Shown here: piece by piece, positions 1 to 7,188 of the stretch
How positions within the stretch are numbered: the stretch's first letter is position 1
Layout of the letters: every line of letters starts with the position of its first letter
Assembly (NCBI GenBank): GCA_044870765.1
Contig: JBIOZG010000049.1
Span: 1 to 13,048, forward strand
Origin: Nitrososphaeraceae archaeon
Lineage (GTDB): Archaea; Thermoproteota; Nitrososphaeria; Nitrososphaerales; Nitrososphaeraceae
DNA: 13,048 bases
Direction of reading: 5' to 3'
Position numbers and translations under genes: made by a program
The notes under the pieces: generated by a model
Told to the model about the DNA's origin: nothing
The model's database searches: none
Seen by the model: only the letters and a program-made list of their open reading frames with translations

Positions 1-634
1 CTGTTTCAGCAGATCCAAATAGATTGCAGGCATCAGCATATTTTGCTACAATCTTGAGAGTTTTTCTCTCACCGCTTCCACCAACTAGGATGGGTGGCGA
101 AGGTTTCTGTATTGGCTTAGGATTGCAGTATGCATTGCGAATTTGATAGTATATTCCATTAAATGAAGCGGACGGCTCTTCAGTCCACATTTTGCGTATA
201 ACTTGCATTGCCTCTTCTAACCTTGACAATCTTTCACTTGTTGGAGGAAAATGAATTCCATATGCGTTGGATTCCTCCTCATTCCAAGCTGCACCTATTC
301 CCATGAATAACCTACCCTTGCTTAATACATCCAAGGTGGCAGATACCTTGGCTAAAATAGCTGGATACCTGTACGTGATACCTGTGACTAAAGTTCCAAG
401 TTTGATCTTAGTAGTTAATCCTGCTAACACAGACAAAGTTGTCCAACTTTCAAGCATAGGTTCTTCAGGCTTTCCTATCATTGGAATCTGATGGAAATGA
501 TCCATTACCCAAAAAGAATCAAAACCATTTTTTTCTGCCTCAGTAGCCAGCTTCTTTAGTGAATCAATGATCTGAGAAGTATCATTTCCTCTGTAATCGT
601 AAGTGAAGATGGGTTTCTGCAAGCCAAACTGCAT
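1..634 (-). CDS. LLM-class (luciferase-like) F420-dependent oxidoreductase, Rv1855c/TIGR03560-like; 3' end truncated by window edge
   Basis: Not in the ORF track. Manual translation from ATG at 634: MQFGLQKPIF...AEKNGFDSFWVMDHFHQIP...EPMLESWTTLSVLAGLTTKIKLGTLVTGITYRYPAILAKVSATLDVLSKGRLFMGIGAAWNEEE...NPKPIQKPSPPILVGGSGERKTLKIVAKYADACNLFG, open to the edge (211 codons). WVMDHF, LGTLVT..YR.PA.LAK..TLD.LS.GR and P.PPI.VGG.GE are LLM-family motifs. Confidence 0.92.
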   Translation of the reverse strand, partial: MQFGLQKPIFTYDYRGNDTSQIIDSLKKLATEAEKNGFDSFWVMDHFHQIPMIGKPEEPMLESWTTLSVLAGLTTKIKLGTLVTGITYRYPAILAKVSATLDVLSKGRLFMGIGAAWNEEESNAYGIHFPPTSERLSRLEEAMQVIRKMWTEEPSASFNGIYYQIRNAYCNPKPIQKPSPPILVGGSGERKTLKIVAKYADACNLFGSAET

Positions 635-657
635 ATCGTGGTATAGGTTAAAGACGA

Positions 658-664
658 TTATAAA
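658..664 (-). promoter_or_regulatory. Archaeal TATA-box candidate (TTTATAA) for the LLM gene
   Basis: Minus strand reads TTTATAA at 664..658, ending about 24 nt before the ATG at 634, the spacing expected for a leaderless archaeal transcript. Confidence 0.55.
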
Positions 665-842
665 CTTAGTATGAACACATTCGCAGACATAGCATTCGTT
701 AAAGAGTAATTCTTCGAGTCAGAGCACAAACAAAGTAAGGAAACAATTTCAATATTTAAATTGGCCTCAATTACCTGGAAACAAGATTCATCCCAAATAA
801 AAATATGATAGCTTATTATTTATTTTAATCATATACCCTTTT

Positions 843-1268
843 GTGGACAAAAAGATTGTCAAATTAATAAAGAATACAAGCATTGGATATTTAGCTACAG
901 CGGCTTCCAATTTGCAACCTTACATGACTCCTGCCGTTTTCATTATACAGAATGAGAATGTCTATGTTCCCCTGGATGAGAAACCCAAGACTGTCAGTAT
1001 TTCGGAGTTGAAGAGAGTAAAGAATATTCAAGAGAACCCAAAGGTTTGCTTTCTTGTCCATCATTATGATGAAGATTGGACAAAACTGTGGTTTGTAATG
1101 ATAACTGGTTATGCAAGTTTATTGGATTCAACATCGGAAAAATTGAAGACAATTCATAATAAGTTTCTTAGCAAATATTCTCAATATAACAAAATAGGCT
1201 TAGGAAATTTTTACATCAGAATTAGAATTAACAAAACAGCATATTGGAAATATGCTCAATCAAAATAA
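843..1268 (+). CDS. PPOX-class (pyridoxamine 5'-phosphate oxidase-like) probable F420-dependent enzyme, Rv0121/TIGR03668-like
   Basis: 141 aa, GTG start. Motifs GYLAT...PYMTP.VF, D.KPK, LKRVKNIQENPKVCFLVHHYDEDWTKLWFV match this split-barrel subfamily. TTATTATT at 813-820 lies about 23 nt upstream. Confidence 0.85.
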   Translation: MDKKIVKLIKNTSIGYLATAASNLQPYMTPAVFIIQNENVYVPLDEKPKTVSISELKRVKNIQENPKVCFLVHHYDEDWTKLWFVMITGYASLLDSTSEKLKTIHNKFLSKYSQYNKIGLGNFYIRIRINKTAYWKYAQSK

Positions 1269-1315
1269 AGTTACCCTACAAACATACTAGAACTGAAAAC
1301 CCACATACAAGTTAG

Positions 1316-1342
1316 TAGAACCCTAGTACTTGCAGGGTTCTA
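1316..1342. terminator. Inverted repeat TAGAACCCT-N9-AGGGTTCTA between convergent genes (hairpin or operator)
   Basis: Perfect 9-bp inverted repeat (1316-1324 / 1334-1342) in the gap between the PPOX and RDD stop codons. Function is inferred only. Confidence 0.4.
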
Positions 1343-1375
1343 ATCCCGACGCACTAGAACCTATTCTGTCCTACG

Positions 1376-1915
1376 CTAGTCCTTTCTATATCTAATATTC
1401 TCTGTTAGGTCTTCTCTGGGCTTTAATTTGATCACTATAGTATTACTTATTTTGTTAAAAATTCTCTGTCTCTTGTTATTAGTAAAAAGCCATCCTAAGA
1501 TTACATCTAGAGGAAGCAAGAATGATTTTCCAAAGCTTTCTAATGCAGCACTTTTGATATCAACAGCCTTGCTAGACACGTCAGTGGACTTTATTTTCAA
1601 GAGCCTCTTACCGATTGATTGTCCACTTGTATGCTCAAAATAAGTCCAATACGCAAAGAAAGCACTGCTTGACAGAAGATAGTGAAACGATCCAAAGTTT
1701 CTATGAACAATCGCAATACCGTTACTATAATCAGAGAACCAAAATGGAAGTGCTAACAGTGCAAACAAAATTCCCAAACCTATTGATACTATTATAAAAT
1801 CAATTAACCATGCCACAAATCTATCTCCCCAACTAGCTAATATGACTTCTAAAGGGCGATTATCTGCCCCTCCAGTTTCAGAGGCCGGCGGTGAACCGTT
1901 ATTTGATGAAACCAC
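1376..1915 (-). CDS. RDD family membrane protein
   Basis: 179 aa, GTG start. LASWGDRFVAWLID, hydrophobic helices, YWTYFE..SGQSIGKRLLKIK and RQRIFNKISNTIV are the RDD pattern. Confidence 0.88.
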   Translation of the reverse strand: MVSSNNGSPPASETGGADNRPLEVILASWGDRFVAWLIDFIIVSIGLGILFALLALPFWFSDYSNGIAIVHRNFGSFHYLLSSSAFFAYWTYFEHTSGQSIGKRLLKIKSTDVSSKAVDIKSAALESFGKSFLLPLDVILGWLFTNNKRQRIFNKISNTIVIKLKPREDLTENIRYRKD

Positions 1916-2026
1916 TTATGAATAAGGGTAATGCCACTAGACATATATGATTTTATTCTTTTGCTTTTAAAAGAAGAAAATTGTGATTCATAAGCGTTAA
2001 GTATAAGATAATAAAAATATTTTCTT

Positions 2027-2623
2027 ATTGAAAGCCAGTTAGCTAATCTACTGAGTATAGAGGGTGCCGCTTATTACTACGGTAAGATCTTCACATTTGA
2101 TGAAGCAAATGAATACTTTCACTTATTATTACGAAATATCCCCTGGAAGAACGATGAAGTAGTAGTACTTGGAAAACATATAGTTACCAAAAGGAAAACT
2201 GCCTGGTATGGTAATTCTGACTATGTCTATATCTATTCAAATTCTGAAAAGAAAGCGTTACCATGGACTAGAGAACTTACAAAACTTAAACAAGTTGTAG
2301 AGAATCTATCGAATACAAAATTTAATTCCTGTTTATTGAACTTGTATCATGATGGCGATGTAGGTATGGGATGGCATAGTGATGATGAAAAATCAATTGA
2401 ATGTAATAGTGCCATAGCTTCAGTAAGTTTTGGGGCGGAGCGAAGGTTCTCCTTTAAGCACAAACAAAGTAAGAAAACAATTTCAGTATTGCTCGAGAAT
2501 GGTAGTCTACTGTTAATGAAAGATGCAACGCAAAAAAATTGGCTGCATAGTTTACCCAAATCTAAGAAAATCACAATGCCAAGGATAAATTTGACTTTTA
2601 GAACAATGATCAGGCAAATTTAG
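2027..2623 (+). CDS. alkB: Alpha-ketoglutarate/Fe(II)-dependent dioxygenase, AlkB family (ALKBH2/3-like alkylated DNA repair)
   Basis: The track ORF (2336..2623) is only the C-terminal half. The frame is open from 2015: (I)ESQLANLLSIEGAAYYYGKIF...IPWKNDEVVVLGKHIVTKRKTAWYG...LPWTREL...FNSCLLNLYHDGDVGMGWHSDDE...IASVSFGAERRFSFKH...WLHSLPK...RINLTFR. HxD...H iron triad and R-x5-R 2OG motif are intact. The start is uncertain (ATT at 2027 proposed; no in-frame ATG/GTG/TTG before 2336). Confidence 0.9.
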   Translation: MESQLANLLSIEGAAYYYGKIFTFDEANEYFHLLLRNIPWKNDEVVVLGKHIVTKRKTAWYGNSDYVYIYSNSEKKALPWTRELTKLKQVVENLSNTKFNSCLLNLYHDGDVGMGWHSDDEKSIECNSAIASVSFGAERRFSFKHKQSKKTISVLLENGSLLLMKDATQKNWLHSLPKSKKITMPRINLTFRTMIRQI

Positions 2624-2635
2624 TTTCTTAGAAAT

Positions 2636-2657
2636 GTGGGTAAATACCTTTACCCAT
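2636..2657 (+). terminator. Stem-loop GTGGGTAAA-TACC-TTTACCCAT just downstream of alkB
   Basis: 8-bp perfect stem (2637-2644 / 2649-2656) plus a terminal G-U pair, 4-nt loop, starting 13 nt after the stop codon. Confidence 0.4.
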
Positions 2658-2903
2658 CCATCTGAAGAGTAGACTAGTCTAGTTGGGTGTCTTCAAACTG
2701 ATACCGCCAGGCTTACCAGTGGTATAAACTACCCCAATCAAAATAGAATCTCGGTAAGGAATCTTTATTTTTAGCAATGATCAAGAAACAAAACAGGAAA
2801 ATGAGTTATCCTCACCACCTCTCTAAGAGGACCGTGCTTTCATTAATTTTGATGACCGCGACTTTGATAGTCGGAATTCTTATTCTGGTGACAAAGTAAT
2901 AGA

Positions 2904-3281
2904 ATGATTAAAACTAAGTATATCTACACGCCAAAAGAGACCTCCGATGGCACTAGAATTTTAATTGCTAGAAAATGGCCCAGAGGTATAAGGAAATGGC
3001 ATTTCCATGAATGGTATAAGGAATTATCTCCAGAAGAGGATACCCTGAAAAAATGGTTAGATAGCAAAAAGACTGAAGCGGATTGGAAAAAATATTTGTC
3101 CAATTTCCTTCCACAGATGAAAAGTAGTGAAGCAGTTGGTAAAATTGAGGAGCTGCGGGAACGTTCTAAGAATGGAGAAGTTATAACTCTTCTATGTCAT
3201 TGCAGACCTGGTGAGCATTGTCACCGTTATATTATAAAATCCAAGATTAAAAGTTCGTCTAAAGTCATTGAAAGTGATTAA
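2904..3281 (+). CDS. DUF488 family protein (YeaO-like)
   Basis: 125 aa. IKTK.IY.P...DG.RILI.R.WPRGI.K....W.KELSP and C-terminal ITLLCHC....HCHR match DUF488. Confidence 0.85.
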   Translation: MIKTKYIYTPKETSDGTRILIARKWPRGIRKWHFHEWYKELSPEEDTLKKWLDSKKTEADWKKYLSNFLPQMKSSEAVGKIEELRERSKNGEVITLLCHCRPGEHCHRYIIKSKIKSSSKVIESD

Positions 3282-3390
3282 CTAAATGAAGGGGTGAACT
3301 CCAATGCAATTACCGTGATTTTAAAGATGCAATCCTAGCTAGCAATGATTAATAGACCGATGCGGTTGAGTTCATGGCTGATGTGACAAA

Positions 3391-4890
3391 ATGAGATCCG
3401 AAAACCATGTCATGAATCAGATCCTCAATGCTTACAAACCAATGTGGTCGCTAAATCATGCCATTTCTCTAATGGGTTGGGACTTTGAGACCTATATGCC
3501 TAGGAAAGGCACGGAAGAAAGAGGAGTGGCCGATTCTCAACTTCACTTGCTGTATAAAGATCTCTTGCTAAACAAAGATTTTGTTGGTCTTGTTGAGTCA
3601 GCGAAGAAACTGGAGAGCCTTAACGATTTAGAGAAGGGCATTGTACGAGTACTCAACAGGGAAATAACCAAGCAGATAAAGATACCCAAGGAGTTGACAG
3701 AAGCAGAATCTCTGGAAAGAATAAGGGGCAACATGGCATGGAGGGTGGCGAGAGAAAAATCTGATTTCATGATGTATGCACCCCACTTGGAGAAAATGAT
3801 AGAGATAAAGAAGCAAATAGCTGAAAAAATAGGTTATCAAAAGCATCCATACGATGCGCTTTTGGATTCGTTCGAAGAAGAGCTTACAGCAGATGAACTG
3901 GATAAAGTATTCGGTGCGTTGACTCCGCGTCTTCAGAAGATTCTGAAAAAACTCGTAGATTTAGGCAGCCCGTTTCTCCAAGAGAGTAAACTTGTGAAAT
4001 CAAAATATGATATCCGAAGAATTGATGAGCTCAATCATGATATTTTGACTCTCCTGCAATACGACACGGAACGTCTCAGAATGGATGTATCTACTCATCC
4101 GTTCACTGAGACTATGGGCCTCAACGACGTCAGAATAACTACTCGATATGAAGGGACAGATTTCAAAAAATCGATATGTAGTACTATTCATGAAGCTGGT
4201 CATGCCCTGTATGATCTGCAATGCGATCAGTCCTTATCTGTGACCCCTCTTGAGGGCGGATCTTCGCTTGCGCTCCATGAATCTCAGTCAAGGTTTTGGG
4301 AGAATATTGTGGGCAGAAGCCTGCCTTTTGTTCAATTGATAGCTCCATTGATTAGAAAGCAAGTAAGTTTCGCAAACCAAGCAACAGATGACGATTTGTA
4401 CCTATATTTCAATAATGTCAACGCTGATTATATTCGAGTTGACGCCGACGAAGTTACTTACAATCTCCATATAGCATTAAGATATGAGATAGAGAAAAAA
4501 ATATTTGGAGATGATCTCAGTGTCTCTGAGATTCCTGAATTCTGGAACGATAGAATGGAGCAGCTGCTTGGAGTGCGACCAACTGATGATTCACAGGGAG
4601 TGCTTCAAGATACACACTGGAGCAGTGGCCTCTTTGGCTATTTCCCAACTTACACTTTGGGAAACTTGGTTTCAGCTATAATTGCTTCCAAGATGCGCAA
4701 AGATCTCGAGGATTACGAGGAAGAAATCAGGAGGGGTAATTTCAAGCCTATCAGAGAATGGTTAAGATTAAAAATACATCAGTACGGATCTGTTTATGCC
4801 CCCAAAATGCTTCTTAATAGATCCTTAAATGAAGGCTATAACCCGGATTACTTTGTTACATACATAGAGAGTAAATACCTTGCGTCCTGA
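3391..4890 (+). CDS. Carboxypeptidase, peptidase family M32 (carboxypeptidase Taq/Pfu-like)
   Basis: 499 aa. WD.ETYMP, PYDALLD.FE, HPF, DVRITTRY, HEAGH zinc motif, HESQS, IRVDADEVTYNLH, GVLQDTHWS.G.FGYFPTYTLG. Confidence 0.96.
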   Translation: MRSENHVMNQILNAYKPMWSLNHAISLMGWDFETYMPRKGTEERGVADSQLHLLYKDLLLNKDFVGLVESAKKLESLNDLEKGIVRVLNREITKQIKIPKELTEAESLERIRGNMAWRVAREKSDFMMYAPHLEKMIEIKKQIAEKIGYQKHPYDALLDSFEEELTADELDKVFGALTPRLQKILKKLVDLGSPFLQESKLVKSKYDIRRIDELNHDILTLLQYDTERLRMDVSTHPFTETMGLNDVRITTRYEGTDFKKSICSTIHEAGHALYDLQCDQSLSVTPLEGGSSLALHESQSRFWENIVGRSLPFVQLIAPLIRKQVSFANQATDDDLYLYFNNVNADYIRVDADEVTYNLHIALRYEIEKKIFGDDLSVSEIPEFWNDRMEQLLGVRPTDDSQGVLQDTHWSSGLFGYFPTYTLGNLVSAIIASKMRKDLEDYEEEIRRGNFKPIREWLRLKIHQYGSVYAPKMLLNRSLNEGYNPDYFVTYIESKYLAS

Positions 4891-5053
4891 AGTCTAGCCC
4901 TATTTTGATTATAGATATATTCCTACTCTATACTATTTTTCACACGTTTACTAACCCACTCTGGACGCTCATTAGTTCATCTAAGTGAATTTCCATTAAT
5001 TATAAATGTGCAAAGGCAAAGTTTAAAGCTAACTTTAACCCTCCACTAGAAAG

Positions 5054-5094
5054 AATCCCAATTTAGAACCGATAGCGTCGTGGGTACCGACGGG
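5054..5094 (+). repeat. 41-bp intergenic direct repeat, copy A
   Basis: AATCCCAATTTAGAACCGATAGCGTCGTGGGTACCGACGGG; 37/41 identical to 6082-6122; contains a CGTCG-N7-CGACG inverted repeat. Confidence 0.85.
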
Positions 5095-5242
5095 TTTCTT
5101 CTTTTCCCATTTAATGACTAATTTCTCAGGAATATAAAATGGCGGGAGCCATAAGGAAAAAGATGAGGCAGGTTGGATAGGAGAAGTTCGTTACCAAAGA
5201 GAACTGGATCCGATATTATACTGTCTTAGTCCGACTAAACGA

Positions 5243-5632
5243 TCATTTGAGATTAGGCATCTCCAATTTAGGAGGGATCTTCAAAGATTCAAGAGAGGTT
5301 GAATTCTTATCGTTAGCTAAGTTATCAGCAGCATCAGGACTAAGTTCTCCTCCAAACTTAGCAATCTGCGCTTCCTCTATGGCGTCTTTAGCATCTGGTG
5401 TCACGTTCACTTTTTGCACCCATGTAACAGTACAGTTTGTGCCATCATTATCGCAATTAGTTACAGCAATTGCAGGGGGTTTTACTTCGTCGAACACAAA
5501 ATAACATAAGTACCTGCCACCGAAATGGAAACAGGTTGTTGTTGATGCTGACACAAAATTTATTGTTGAAGCAAAAACTGCTGTCGTAAGCACTGAGGCT
5601 AGAAGAATAAAGATCGTAAATTTAGTATCCAC
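5243..5632 (-). CDS. Hypothetical secreted protein with signal peptide and four cysteines
   Basis: N-terminal K + hydrophobic stretch + VSA cleavage-like site, then C-x8-C and C-x6-C pairs and N-x-S/T sequons (NCT, NVT, NST). The track starts at TTG 5641. GTG at 5632 is preferred because TTTAATAA (5663..5656) ends about 24 nt upstream of it. Confidence 0.75.
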   Translation of the reverse strand: MDTKFTIFILLASVLTTAVFASTINFVSASTTTCFHFGGRYLCYFVFDEVKPPAIAVTNCDNDGTNCTVTWVQKVNVTPDAKDAIEEAQIAKFGGELSPDAADNLANDKNSTSLESLKIPPKLEMPNLK

Positions 5633-6007
5633 TACTAGCAAACAGTAACTTCATATTATTAAACTTGTTGTATTTGCGGAACGAAAATCTCCATTACACT
5701 CTAGCTAAGACTTTTAGACCACGACCTCATGATTGAGTTTCACAGATAGGAACTCCTTTAATACAAGTTAACAATACGCAGAAATGTTCTCACTGCATTC
5801 TTAATTCCTTTAGCTTGTTTATCGTTACTATTTTTTGCTATTAATGATCTCCTTATTTAATGAATTTAAAAATTCTAAATTTGACTAACCAGAAAAATCA
5901 GATCCACCCCTACGAACTCGAATTTGCCAATTGTGGAGAGAAAACTTTAATTCTATCCCAATAGTAATATGTATTAGAATCCAGTAACAGGACTAATTTT
6001 ATTACTC

Positions 6008-6018
6008 GTACCGACGGG
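6008..6018 (+). repeat. Partial third copy (GTACCGACGGG core) of the 41-bp repeat
   Basis: Exact 11-nt match to the 3' end of both full copies. Confidence 0.6.
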
Positions 6019-6081
6019 CCCGCACCATTAATTCAACATTCCTTAAAGACATTGAGATTAGCAATTTGTAAATTATATCAA

Positions 6082-6122
6082 AATCCCAATTTGGAATCGA
6101 TAACGTCGTGTGTACCGACGGG
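6082..6122 (+). repeat. 41-bp intergenic direct repeat, copy B
   Basis: AATCCCAATTTGGAATCGATAACGTCGTGTGTACCGACGGG; 4 mismatches to copy A, none in the CGTCG/CGACG stem. Confidence 0.85.
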
Positions 6123-6283
6123 CTCATAAAATAACGTTTCCTCTTATTTACATCTAATAAAATTCTAGTTTTAGAAAATCTAATGGTGTTCCGTATGAAT
6201 ATTACCTTATAGGAAAATCTGTTAACAAATCATAAACAACTTTTAGCAAACTAAAAGAATACCGTGTTTGTTCAATTCTTATT

Positions 6284-7021
6284 ATGAAAGTAAAATATGT
6301 GACAATTTTTTCAACATCCATTATATCATTGGCCACGATCACTATCTTCTGTTTACCTTCTCTTCCTTTCGCAAAGAGTCAACCTGAAGCACCGCTACCA
6401 GTCATCCTTATACATGGTTATCGGGAAGATGAATCAGTCTGGGATACTTGGAAACAATTACTTGAAGATGATGACGTGTCCTACCTTTCAGTAACCTTTC
6501 ATCAATCAGATGATGATTGTGGCTCGGCTGCAGATCATGCTAAGGAGTTGAATAATATAGTTCTCGATGTGCTTAGCGAGACGGGTCGTGATCGAGTTAA
6601 CATTGTTGGTCATAGTAAGGGAGGACTAGATGCAAGACTTTACTTACAAGGTGGTACTGACGATGTTGCTAATTTAATCATGATTGGTACTCCAAATGCT
6701 GGCTCTCCTTTAGCAGAGATTTACGTTGACACAGGTTGTATGCCAGCAGCCTCTGATCTGAAACCTGCCTCTCCTGCCACTAAGGCTGTACAAAACATGA
6801 AAACAGATTACTATACTATTGCAGGCGATTGGGTATGGTGGTGGTACTGGATACCAATTGAAGGAAATCTGCAGATAGATGGCCCAGATGACGGTCTAGT
6901 ACCTGTTTCTAGTGTGGAATCGAAATTATACTTTCATCCATTAGGTCAAACACCTCATAGCCATAACCTATTACTTGGTAGTCAAGAGTATAAACTTGCA
7001 CGAGATATTCTGATTAAGTAG
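6284..7021 (+). CDS. Secreted alpha/beta-fold hydrolase (lipase/esterase, EstA/PGAP1-like)
   Basis: 245 aa. N-terminal signal peptide, PVILIHG oxyanion motif, VNIVGHSKGG nucleophile elbow, IGTPNAGS, DDGLVP (catalytic Asp) and C-terminal HSH (catalytic His). Confidence 0.9.
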   Translation: MKVKYVTIFSTSIISLATITIFCLPSLPFAKSQPEAPLPVILIHGYREDESVWDTWKQLLEDDDVSYLSVTFHQSDDDCGSAADHAKELNNIVLDVLSETGRDRVNIVGHSKGGLDARLYLQGGTDDVANLIMIGTPNAGSPLAEIYVDTGCMPAASDLKPASPATKAVQNMKTDYYTIAGDWVWWWYWIPIEGNLQIDGPDDGLVPVSSVESKLYFHPLGQTPHSHNLLLGSQEYKLARDILIK

Positions 7022-7188
7022 CCATAAATATTATTGAATCTGTCTTCTTCTAGGTTCACTTTTATGCAATTTATTTAGGGGTAGTCATTGGTAGGAAACT
7101 TGGTAATTTCTTTGCAGTTTAAATTCCGAAACCTGGACTGCCTAAGAGACCTATAACGAATAATAACTAGAATGCATGAACAATTCTA

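Noticed and set aside
267-491. 74-aa + strand ORF
   Set aside because: Antisense to the clearly recognisable LLM oxidoreductase.
5054-6122. 41-bp repeats as CRISPR repeats or IS terminal inverted repeats
   Set aside because: Only two full copies about 1 kb apart in direct orientation, with no spacer-sized periodicity, transposase or evident target-site duplication.
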